This document shows, piece after piece, positions 47,830-59,308 of a stretch of 64,000 bases of DNA. The notes beneath the pieces are model-generated. The model did no database searches. It was not told where the DNA came from and saw nothing but the letters and a program-made list of their open reading frames with translations. Source of the stretch: Squalus acanthias (taxonomy: Eukaryota). The stretch is from NCBI GenBank assembly GCA_030390025.1, contig CM059432.1, positions 86,182,001 to 86,246,000 of the forward strand, given 5' to 3'. The stretch's first letter is position 1. The number at the start of each line of letters is the position of its first letter. A program made the translations under genes and the position numbers.

Positions 47830-50800
47830 TTTTTAAAGTTACCGATCTGCTCAATCATACCCTCACCTCCACCTTTGATCCCCTTGTCCCAAAGAAAACC
47901 ATTACTCTCTCTCACCTGGGTCATTCCCCCTGGCATGGCCCTCATCTCAGCTCCCTTAAATCCAAGAGACACAGACTTAAACGTTTATGGCGGACAATTG
48001 GTTTAGCCATTCATCACCAGATCTGGCTGGACCACAAAATGCACGATCGGGTCCTGCTCTCCTCTGCCAAAACTGTTCACTATTCCAGGATCATCCTGGA
48101 ATGCAAAGATAACCCCCCGGCTTCTTTTCTCTACTGCAAACCGTCTTCTTAAACCCCTATCCCCAGCCTCCTCCACCCGCACCTCCAACAACAAGTGCGA
48201 GGAGCTCATGGACTTCTTTATCATTAAGATTGAGACCTTCCATTCAGCTACCTCTGTCGCTTCCCTTCCTTCCCCTAGCCCACCAAGCAAACCTTCCTCT
48301 AAGGTTCCCCCCTTCCCTAGCCCTGAACTCGCATCTTTCTCTAGTTTCTCTCCTATCTCCCCTCATGCACTCTCTGAGCTCAACTTCTCCATGAGACCCA
48401 CCTCCTGCTCCCTCAACCCTATTCCCACCAAACTGCTGACTATCCAACTTCCCCCCCACCCCGGCCCCCACGTTAGTTGATATTGTTAACGGTTCCCTCT
48501 CGTCAGGGATTGTGCCCCTCTCCTTCAAATCTGCTGTCATCACCCCTCTGCTCAAAATCCCACCCTTGACCCCACTGGCCTTGCAAATTACCACCCCAGC
48601 TCCAACTTCCCTTTCCTCTCCAAAGTGTTTGAACATGTTGTCGCCTCCCAAATCATGTTTGTATCGCTCCAATCAGGTTTCCACACCACCACAGTACTGA
48701 AACGCCCTTATCAAAATCACAAATTACATCCTATGTGACTGTGACCGTGGTAAACTATCCCTCTTAATTCTTCTCAATCTGTCTGCAGCCTTGTGTAACA
48801 TGATTGACCACGCAATCCTCCTCCAGTGCCCCTCCTCCATCGTCCAGTTTTGTGGGACTGCCCTCACCTGGTTCTATTCTTATCTATCCAGTCATAGCCA
48901 GAGAATCACCTGCAATGGCTTCTCTTCCTGCTTCTGCACCATTACCTCTGGAGTACCCCTCCTATTTCTCATCTACATGCTGCCCCTTGGCGACATCATC
49001 CAAAAGCACACATCAGGTTCCACATGTACGCTGACGACACCTAGCTCTACCACACCACCACTTTTCTCGACCCCTCCACTGTCTCTGATTTATCACACTG
49101 TCCTCCAGTGCTGGATGAGCAGAAATTTCCTCCAACTAATACTGGGAAGAACGAAGTCATTGGCTTCGGTACTCGCCACAAACGCCGTTTTCTAACCACT
49201 GACTCCATCCCCCTCCCTGGAAACTGGCTGAGGCTGAACCAGACCGTTCATAACCTTGGTGTTGTATTTGACCCCGAGATCAGCTTCCGACCACATATCT
49301 GCTCTATCACCAAGACCGCCTACTTTCACCTCCATAACATCGCCCGATCCACTCCTGCCTCAGCTCATCTGCTGCTGTAAACCTCATCCATTCCTTTATT
49401 AGCACTGAAGCATAGAAGATAGGAGCAGGAGTAGGCCATTCGGCCCCTCGAGCCTGCTCCGTCATTTAATGAGATCATGGCTGATCATCCAAATTCAGTA
49501 CCCTGTCCCTGCTTTCTCCCCATATCCCTTGATCCCTTTAGCCTTAAGAAATATATCTATCTCCTTCTTGAATATATTTAATGAATTGGCCTCAGCTGCC
49601 TTCTGTGGTAGAGAATTCCACAGGTTCACCACTCTCTGGGTGAAGAAATTCCTCCTCATCTCTGTCCTAAATGGCTTACTCCTTATCCTTAGACTGTGAC
49701 CTCTGGTTCTGGACTCCCCTGCCATCGGGAACATCCTTCCTGCATCTAGTCTGTCTAGTCCTGTTAGAATTTTATAAGTTTCAATGAGATCCCCTCTCAT
49801 TCTTCTAAACTCTAGCGAATATAAGCCTAATCGACCCAATCTCTCTTCATACGTCATTCCTGCCATCCCAGGTATCAGTCTGGTAAATCTTCGCTGCACT
49901 CCCTCCATGGAAAGAACATCCTTCCTCAGATAAGGCGACCAAAGCTGCACACAATACTCAAGGTGTGGTCTCACCAGGGCCTTGTACAACTGCAGCAAGA
50001 CATCCTTGCTCCTGTACTCGAATCCTCTCGCTATGAAGGCCAACATACCATTTGGCTTCTTAACTGCCTGCTGCACCTGCATGCTTACCTTCAGCGACTG
50101 GCGCACAAGGACTCCCAGATCTCGTTGCACTTCCCCTTTTCCCAATCTATTGCCGTTCAGATAATAATCTGCCTTCCTGTTTTTGCCACCAAAGTGGATA
50201 ACCTCGCATTTATCCATATTATACTGCATCTGCCATGCATCTGCCCAATCACCTCTACACTTGAGTATTCCAATGCTCTTATTGAATGGCGGAGCAGGCT
50301 CAAAGGGCCATATGGCCTACTCCTGCTCTTAATTCTTATGTTTTTATGCTCTCCTGGCCGGCCTCCCATCTTCCACCCTCCATAAAATTGAGCTCATCCA
50401 AAACTCTGCTACCTGTACATAAGAACATAAGAACATAAGAAATAGGAGCAGGAGTAGGCCAATTGGCCCCTCGAGCCTGCTCCGCCATTCAATAAGATCA
50501 TGGCTGATCTGATCCTAACCGCCAATCTACTATCACAGAACCATCTCCTGAACCTAACAGAATTGGACACACAGAAATAGGAGCAGGATCAGGCTACACG
50601 GCCCCTGGGCCCGCTCCTAGTCTCGTTCACCCATCACCCCTGTGCTCGCTGACCTACCTTGGCTCTCAGTTCGGTAACGCCTCAATTTTAAAATTCTCAT
50701 TCTTGTTCGCAAATCCCTGCATGCCTTTGTCCCTTCCTATCTGTAACCTCCTCCAGCCCTACGACCCTCCGAGATCTCTACGCTTCTCCAATTCTGGCCT

Positions 50801-51054
50801 CCTGCACATCCCCGAATTTAATTGCTCCACCATTGGCGGCCGTGCCTTCAGTTGCTTAGGCTCTAAGCTCTGGAATTCCCTCCCTATATATCTTTACCTC
50901 TCTATTCGCCTTTAAGACGCTCCTTAAAACCTACCTCTTATATCAAGTTCAAATATGTGGCTCGGTGTCAAATTTTGTTTGATAACACTCCTCTGATGCG
51001 CCTTGGGACATTTTACTATGTTAAAGTGCTATATAAATGCAAGTTGTTGTTGTA
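47830..51054 (+). mobile_element. L2 LINE, degenerate, interrupted by three CR1 pieces (49411-50252, ~50278-50348, ~50418-50620)
   Basis: Collinear with the L2 at 11831-14460; (ttg)n tail at ~51043-51053. Confidence 0.88.
49411..50252 (-). mobile_element. CR1 3' fragment with an intact C-terminal ORF
   Basis: ORF 49495..50229 (KCEVIHFG...LVRPHLEYC...VVNLWNSLP) plus a tail similar to the HE1 SINE tail. Confidence 0.92.
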
Positions 51055-51056
51055 AC

Positions 51057-51557
51057 AACATAAGAACATAAAAAGTAAGAGCAGGAGTAGACCATACGGC
51101 CCCTCGAGCCTGCTCCGCCATTCAATAAGATCTTGGCTGATCACTGACCTCAACTCCACTTTCCCGCCTGATCTCCATATCCCTTGATTCCCCTAGAGTC
51201 CAAAAATCTATCTGTCTCAGCCTTGAATATACTCAAAGACTCAGCATTCACAGCCCTCTGGAGCAGAGAATTCCAAAGATTCACAACCCTCTGAGTGAAA
51301 AAATTCTTCCTCATCTCAGTCTTAAATGGCCTACCCCTTATCCTGAGACTATGCCCCCTAGTTCTAGACTCTCCAGCCAGGGGAAACAACCTCTCAGCAT
51401 CTACCCTGTCATTCCCCCTCAGAATCTTATATGTTTCAATATGATCACCTCTCATTCTTCTAAACTCCAGAGAGTATAGGCCCATTCTACTCAATATTTC
51501 CTCATAGGACAACCCTCTCATCCCAGGGATCAATCTAGTGAACTTTCATTGCACCGC
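51057..51557 (-). mobile_element. CR1 3' fragment flanked by a 137-bp direct repeat
   Basis: ORF 51150..51533; closely matches 14745-15245 (shared EEILSRMG, GDHIET). Confidence 0.9.
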
Positions 51558-51691
51558 TCCTTAAAACCTACCTCTTTGACCAAGTTCAAATATGTGGCTC
51601 GGTGTCAAATTTTGTTTGATAACGCTCCTGTGATGCGCCTTGGGACATTTTATTATGTTAACGTGCTATATAAATACAAGTTGTTGTTGTA
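51555..51691 (+). repeat. Direct duplicate of the L2 tail at 50918-51054
   Basis: Same length, few substitutions, and the same internal deletion relative to the L2 tail at 14300-14460. Confidence 0.88.
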
Positions 51692-51693
51692 GG

Positions 51694-52060
51694 CCACCAT
51701 TGACCAGAAACTTAACTGGACCAGCCACATAAATACTGTGGCAACAAGAGCAGGTCAGAGGCTGGGTATTCTGCGGCGAGTGTCTCACCTCCTGACTCCC
51801 CAAAGCCTTTCCACCATCTACAAGGCACAAGTAAGGAGTGTGATGGAATACTCTCCACTTGCCTGGATGAGTGCAGCTCCAACAACAGTCAAGAAGCTCG
51901 ACAGCATCTAGGACAAAGCAGCCCACTTGATTGGCACCCCATCCATCACCTTAAACATTCATTCCCTCCACCACCAGTGCACTGTGGCTGCAGTATGTAC
52001 CATCTACATGATGCACTGCAGCAACTCGCCAAGGCTTCTTCAGAAGCACCTCCCAAACCC
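51694..52060 (+). mobile_element. Internal fragment of the tRNA-headed LINE family
   Basis: Reverse complement of ~55632-55995 and ~26599-26940. Confidence 0.88.
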
Positions 52061-54800
52061 GCATCTACCCTGTCAATCCCCTTCAGAATCTTGTGAGTTT
52101 CAATGAGATCACCTCTCATTCTTCTAAACTCCAGAGAGTATAGGCCCATTCTACACAATCTCTCATCATAGGACAGCCCTCTCATCCCAGGAATCAATCT
52201 AGTGAACCTTCGTTGCACCGCCTCCAAGGCAAGTATATCCTTCCTTAGATAAGGAGATCAAAACTGTGCACAGTACTCCAGGTGTGGTCTCACCAAGGCC
52301 CTATACAATTGTAGCAAGACTTCCTTACTCTTATACTCCAACCCCCTTGCAATAAAGGCCAACATGCTATTTGCCTTCCTTATTGCTTGCTGTACCTGCA
52401 TGCTAGCTTTCTATGTTTCTTGCATGAGGACACCCAAATCTCTCTGAATACCAACATTTGAAAGTTTCTCACCATTTAAAAAATATTCTGTTTTTCTATT
52501 CTTCCTATCAAAGTGAATAACCTCACATTTCCCTACATTAAAACTCCATCTGCCACCTTACTGTCCACTCACTTAGTCTATCTATATCCCTTTGCCGACT
52601 CTTTGTGTTCTCCTCATAGCTTACTGTCCCACCTAGCTTTGTATCATCAGCAAACTTGGATACATTACACTCAGTCCCTTCATCTAGGTCATTAATATAG
52701 ATTGTAAATAGCTGAGGCCCCAACACTAATCCTTGCGGCACCCCACTAGATACAGCCTACCAACCTCAAAAAGATCTGTTTATCCCTACTCTGTTTTCTG
52801 TCCATTAACCAATCCTCTATCCATGCTATTATATTACCCCCAACCCCATGAGCTCTAATCTTGTGTAATAATCTTTTATGTGGCACCTTATCAAATGCCT
52901 TTTGGAAATCCAAATATACTACTTCCACTGGTTTCTCTTTATCTACCCTGCTAGTTATATCCTCAAAAAACTTTAATAAATTTGTCAAACACGATTTCCC
53001 TTTCATAAAACCATGTTGACTCTGCCTAATCATGTTATGATTTTCTAAGTGACTTGATACCACTTCCTTAACAATGGATTCCAGCATTTTCCCGACAACT
53101 GATGTCAGGCTAACTGGCCTGTAGTTCCCTGTTTTTTCTCTCCCTCCTTTCTTGAATAGCGGTATTACATTTGTGACCTTCCAATCCGCTGGGACCATTC
53201 CAGAATCTAGGGAATTTTGGAAGATCAAAACCAATGCATCCACTATCTCTTCAGCCACCTCTTTTAGAACCCTAGGATGTAGGCCGTCAGGTCCAGGGGA
53301 TTTGTTGGCTTTTAGTCCCATTAGTTTCTCTAGTACTTTTTCTCTACTTATATTAATTACGTTAAGTTCCTCACCCTCATTAGACCCTTGGTTCCCCACA
53401 ATCTTTGGTACGTTTTTTGTGTCTTCTACTGTGAAGACAGATACAAAATATTTGTTTAACGTTTCTGCCATTTCCTTATTCCCCATAATAATTACTCCTG
53501 TCTCAGCCTCTAAGGGACCAACATTTACTTTAGCTACTCTTTTCCTTTTTACATACTTGTAAAAACTCTTACAATCTGCTTTTATATTTCTTGCTAATTT
53601 TCTCTCATATTCTATTTTTTCCCTTTTATTCAATTTTTTGGTCAACCTTTGCTGGTTTCTGAAACTCTCCCAATCCTCAGGCTTACTATTATTCTTTGCA
53701 ACATTATAAGCTTCTTCTTTCAATGTAATGCTATCCTTAACTTCTTTAGTTAGCCACAATTGGATCACTTTTCCCATGGAGTTTTTGTTTCTCAATGGAA
53801 TGTATTTTTGTTGAGAATTATGAAATATTTCTTTAAACGCTAACCACTGCTTATCTACCGCCATACCTTTTAATCTATTTTTCCAATCTACCTTAGCCAA
53901 CTCACGCCTCATACCTATGTAATTGGCTTTATTTAAGTTTAAGACTCTAGTTTCGGACTTAGGCAAGTCACTCTCAAAATTAACGTAAAATTCTATCATA
54001 TTATGATCACTCTGCCCCAGAGGATCCTTTACTATGAGATTGCTAATTAACCCTGTCTCATTACACAATACAAGATCTAAAATAGCCTGTTCCCTGGTTG
54101 GTTCTATGACATGTAGGATGTCCTGAATGCATTCCTTGAACTCGTCCTCCAGACTACCTTTGTCAATCTGATTTGTCCAGTCTATATGAAGATTAAAGTC
54201 CTCCAAGATTATTGCATTACCTTTGTTGCAAGCTCCTACTATTTCTTGATTAATATTCTGTCCAACGGTATAGCTACTATTAGGGGGCCTATATACTACT
54301 CCTACCAGTGTTTTCTGCCCCTTGTTATTCCTTATCTGCCACCCATACTGATTCTACTTCCTCATCTTCCAAGCCAAGATCCTTTCTCGCTACTGTCCTT
54401 ATGTCATCCTTTATTATCAGGGCTACTCCCCCTCTTTTTCCATTCTGCCTGTCTTTTCAAAACGTCAAGTACCCTGCACCCTGTCTCTGTAATGGCTATT
54501 AGATCAAACCCATTTATCTCTATTTGTACCACTAGTTCGTCTATCTTGTTACGAATGCTTCATGCATTCAGATAAAGAGCCTTTAATTTAAATTTTTTAC
54601 CATTATTCCCTGCTTTGACCTTATTCTCTGCTGCACAGCTACCATTAAACTCTCTGTCCCTTCCTGTCACACTCTGCTTATTTTTACCCAATTCGCTACA
54701 CTGCTCTATTGCCTTGACATTTCTCTTTAGATTTCTAAATTTCCCCTCACCTGACCCCTCCCCCCACTTTTTTAGTTTAAAGCCCTATCTACAGCCCTAG
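52061..54800 (-). mobile_element. CR1 LINE (linker + EN-RT ORF2), 3' end missing
   Basis: ORF 52746..54206 (486 aa) and adjacent RT fragments. Confidence 0.94.
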
Positions 54801-54829
54801 TTGTGGTTGTGTGTTCTGTTCAACTACCT

Positions 54830-57599
54830 AATCTTGTGCTTCTCAGTGCAATCCCCATGGCTAGATCCTGGGAGATGGCTGGTAGCTGAGGTTCCCATAG
54901 AGGTTACAAGGTTTCAGGTGGCTTTTCATGCTAGTATAGCCTCCAGATGAGCCAGCTTTCAGTTACAGCACCTGCATTGCTGCAGGGCATCCTGGCTTGC
55001 TTTCTGCCTCCTGTGAAGTAATTTGGGAGGGGGTTCAGACTGATATGAATGTGTTGCCAAGGAGAGATATCATCAACCATTGTTAGGTCCAGCCAACATG
55101 TGCTCCTGGCCTCCATGTCACTGTGTTTGCTAATATGTGGTTGAGCAGACCTCATTGCTGCAATGACATCGCAAAAGCCTGTAACAAACTCACTATATTT
55201 CACTAAGCTCATCAGCTATCCTGTCCAATACAGAGGAAACGTTCCAATCCAAAGGCCTGAATGGCAGTAGTCTAAGCATTCAGAGATGATAAGGCAGCCA
55301 TACAGACCTCTGCCTTAAGAGGCTGTGCTGCAGATTTTTTTTTATTCGTTCCGGGATGTGGGCATCACTGGCAAAGCCAGCATTTATTGCCCATCCCTAA
55401 TTGCCCTTGAGAAGGTGATGGTGAGCCGCCTTCTTGAACCGCTGCAGTCCGTGTGGTGAAGGTACTTCCACAGTGCTGTAAGGGAGGGAGTTCCAGGAAT
55501 TTGACCCAGCGATGATGAAGGAACGGCAATATATTTCCAAGTCAAGATGGTGTGTAACTTGGAGGAGAACTTGCAGGTGATGGTGTTCCCATGTGCCTGC
55601 TGCCCTTATCCTTCTAGGTGGTAGAGGTCACGGGTTTGAGCGGTGCTGCTGAAGAAGCCTTGGCGAGTTGCTGCAGTGCATCTTATAGATGGTACATACT
55701 GCAGCCACGGTGCGCTGGTGGTGGAGGGAGTGAATGTTTAAGGTGATGGATCGGGTGCCAATCAAGCGGGCTGCTTTGTCCTAGATGCTGTCGAGCTTCT
55801 TGAGTGTTGTTGGAGCTGCACTCATCCAGGCAAGTGGAGAGTATTCCATCAACTCCTTACTTGTGCCTTGTAGATGGTGGAAAGGCTTTGGGGAGTCAGG
55901 AGGTGAGACACTCGCCACAGAATACCCAGCCTCTGACCTGCTCTTGTTGCCACAGTATTTATGTGGCTGGTCCAGTTAAGTTTCTGGTCAATGGTGACCC
56001 CCCAGGATGTTGATGGTGGGAGATTCGGCGATGGTAATGTCGTTGAATGTCAAGGGGAGGTGGTTAGACTCTCGCTTGATGGAGACAGTCATTGCCTGGC
56101 ACTTGTGTGGCACAAATGTTACTTGCCACGTATCAGCCCAAGCCTGAATGTCGTCCAGGTCTTGCTGCATGCGGGCATGGACTGCTTCATTTTCTGAACT
56201 GTTGCGATTGGAACTGAACACTGCGCAATCATCAGCAAACATCCCCACTTCTAACCTTATGAAGGAGGGAAGGTCATTGATGAAGTAGCTGAAGATGCTT
56301 GGGCCTAGGACAGATGGCCCTGGAGCTGCCATTCGTTCCAAGGGTAACTGCATGCTTTTGCTGTCATGTACAAGAACCCCACACGTGGATTGTGGAATCC
56401 TCAACACTTGCCGCCTTGTGTTGGAAGCTGCTAGGCATGTCACCCAATAACTCAAAGAATCTTGCACTCAAAAACATCCCTCTTTTAAAAGGTATATTCT
56501 GGAGATCAGGATCCCTGCCTGAAGATGGAGGCTATCTGACCCAGCAGTCAGGTACTTTCTGCTTCTCCTAGATCATCTCTACCTGCTCTTGCTCACTTGT
56601 ACTCTGTGCATTACCCTGTATCTTCCCTCAAACTATGTGAGTCCTTGGGGTGGTTGGAGCTGTGTTGCTTGCCAGAGTGACAATAAGATATCTGGTGAAG
56701 TGCTGGGCGAGGCCTGGGGAACACCCCAGTTTTTCTTCCATATCTGCAGATATAAAAAGAGAAAAACAGTTAGGAGCACATCCTCAGAACAACTTCTTGG
56801 ACAACAACTTTCATCAAACAGCTAGCTTGGAGCTTGCATGTCAGTACTTGTGCAAGGAAATAGGATGGAGTGCAAAGGAAGGCAACTGCTGCACAATGCC
56901 CTGACCTGGGCCATGCCATCTGCTTCCACATCTCTTGGCTCTTACCCCTCCTCCCAGACCTGAATTTGCAGGGATCACTCCTCAAATGGGATCAGACCAT
57001 GCAGTGTTGCTGTACAGCTCCAGTTGCAGCTATCTGCCTCTTGTTTGTGCACTACCTTCTTCTACAAAAGTAGAAGCAAGCAATGATTATCTGACAATGG
57101 CTGCATGGAATTTGCCAGCCCCAGATATATTCCACAGGGATTGTGAAAATAGAAATGTGCAGCAACGAGGTACTGGTTATGAAAGCAACTGATTGTGGTG
57201 TGTCCTGGGCATCATTCTACTGAAGGTGGTGGTATAGGCAAGGGAAGTGCTGGAAAATGTACAGTCATGGGAAGGTGAAGAAAAAGTAAAGGAATACAAG
57301 GCTAAGAAGAATGAGATCATGCTAGTTAATATAGTGCCTAAATATGAGCTGGCAATAAGTGCACCTACCTTGTCCCTCCTGGTGAGGTTATTGAATTCTC
57401 TGCAGCACTGCAGCTACATCCTCTGTACAGTACCACTGAGCATTATCACATTTGCCATGTTCTTCACCTGAATGTCTTGGACACCCTGCAGCCATAACTG
57501 AGAGAATGTTCCCTCATATGCTCCACTTCCTGGATCAAGATTTTGGTGTTTTCCTACCAAAGCAGGAGTCCTGCTTCTCCCACAAGTACTGCCAGACAT
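54830..57599 (-). pseudogene. Myb/SANT gene relic of the outer Harbinger (exon 1 57369-57599; exon 2 starts at 57061; remainder split by a LINE)
   Basis: MSGSTCGRSRTP...LIQEVE...LQCCREFNNLTRRDK|gtagg and acceptor ttttgtag|AAGAAGGTAGTGCAC (KKVxH); same intron positions as 44252/44536. Confidence 0.72.
55335..56312 (-). mobile_element. 5'-truncated copy of the tRNA-headed LINE
   Basis: Collinear with 26303-27258, including MFADD and the A-rich tail. Confidence 0.92.
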
Positions 57600-58170
57600 C
57601 TGAGGCAATGAGCAAAGTTTGCAGTGATTTGTATTTCATTGACAAACTTCCATAAACAGCACTGCACTTTAAACTGCTCCAAGCTATTTTAAGGTATGAA
57701 GTTTTAAACAGCTTGAACCCTTTTTAAAGTCTGCAGCTTCACTCGGTTCCTCCCTCTAACTGCACTAAGATAGAGGAGGGAGGGAAGATTGAAAAATCAG
57801 CCTCATTGTAACTCCCCAAGGATAAGGTTCTTCAACCAATACACTATTCTTGTGAAATACCAGTAGTGTCAGTGGATATGGTCAGCAACCAAGGCACATT
57901 TACTGTTCAGTTTCTGTATTGCAGTCAACATGGATTGATGCTGAAGTTGAACCACTTTGGACAATACCAAAGCAAGGAAGTTAGGATCTTCTGGACTGTA
58001 TGATTCAGAGTGCTAGTCTATGCTGAGTTAACTGACTTAGCCAGAGCAGCAGTTAAGACACATTATCACCCTCAGTGCCCCCAGGTTGGATTGGGGGGGG
58101 GGGGTGGTAGAAAAGGAAATCAGCTACGGTTGCCACTCCTAGCTTCCCGGTTATAAAATATAAATATATG

Positions 58171-59308
58171 GGGCTAAAAATTCACCTGACCGCGATGCAT
58201 GATCAATCCGCGCCTGTTCAAAGTAATGCTGGCAACACGATAACTTCGTGCTGCCTGCTGATTAACATGATTGTGGTATTCAGCCCAGCACTGAATGCAC
58301 TGCTGACTGACTGAATGCTCAGCAGGGAGCCCAAGTTCATGCAAGGCTAGCACCAATTAAAGCTAGCCTGCACTTCTTAAAAGCAGTCTGCAACTCTGAA
58401 AGAGGAGGTGCATTCTGTCTGCAGCAGGTTATTCAACAGGCTGGCAAAGAGTGTTATAGCAGCAAAAAAAAAGTGATATCACAACAGGAGAGAGACCGTG
58501 GCTCCAAGGTTCTCCGATGCAGCACTGGAGGCCTGGGTGCAGGAGGTTAACATGAGGAGAGAGGTCCTGTTTCACAGGGGGCCACCCAGGCAAATGCGTT
58601 AAAGACATTGGGAGCAGATAGCTGTCATGGTGAATGCCAGCAATATAGTCCCGAAGACCTGGACGGAGTGTAGGAAGAAGTTTAATGACCTCACACGAGT
58701 GGTCAAGGTCAGTGAATTCATCTTCAAATGCCATATCTCACCATCTGCACCACTAGCCTCAGACACAGCTCAATGCACCACACCCAATCACTCACCTATC
58801 AACAATCTCTACCAAACATAGCTCATACCTCACATCCATAGCTTCACCTCACCCTCACATACTTACCACTGCTTCAAGCCTCACACACACATCTCACAGC
58901 TTGCACACATTGTCAGCTATTCAACCATGACAGGCACAACACTCAAACATATTGCACCACACTCACTGACACACTTCCCTTTCTCTTGCAGGACAAACTG
59001 GCTCACAACTGGCACCAGCAGGACCTAACCAGCCAGGGACAGGGGCACCTGCATCACCTGACCCCCTTAGTGTAGACGTTACTGGCCATTATTGGGAGGG
59101 CCATCATTGAGCCCGTGGCCAGTGGCAGGGCTGAAAGAATACAAGATGACAGTATCCTCATACATAATCCTCCTTCTCACATCCAACTTCCCCCTCATCC
59201 CACAATCTCTTCTGATTTACAAGCTACACACGGTGTAAGCATGTACCTCTTGCTTTCCCCCCTTCCCCTCACCACAAACTTACCCTTGTGCCTTTCTCTT
59301 TTCAAATA
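58171..59308 (+). mobile_element. Left half of another Harbinger of the 43769 family (TIR, Myb exons 1-2), cut by CR1
   Basis: GGGCTAAAAATT end, APRFSDAALEA...KTWTECRKKFNDLTRVVK|gtcagt, and introns alignable with 44253-44830. Confidence 0.88.

Larger units (their letters stand above)
40717..57804. mobile_element. Old autonomous-type PIF/Harbinger transposon, expanded to 17 kb by nested insertions
   Basis: TIRs GGGGCTGATTTTCC (40717) and GAAAAATCAGCCTC (57791-57804), flanks GTT/ATT. It encloses a + strand transposase relic and a convergent - strand Myb gene relic, the canonical Harbinger layout. Confidence 0.72.

Noticed and set aside
50416..50445. Short tandem repeats (acataaga)n as a CRISPR-like or satellite array
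   Set aside because: These are the standard CR1 3'-terminal octamer repeats, with no spacers.
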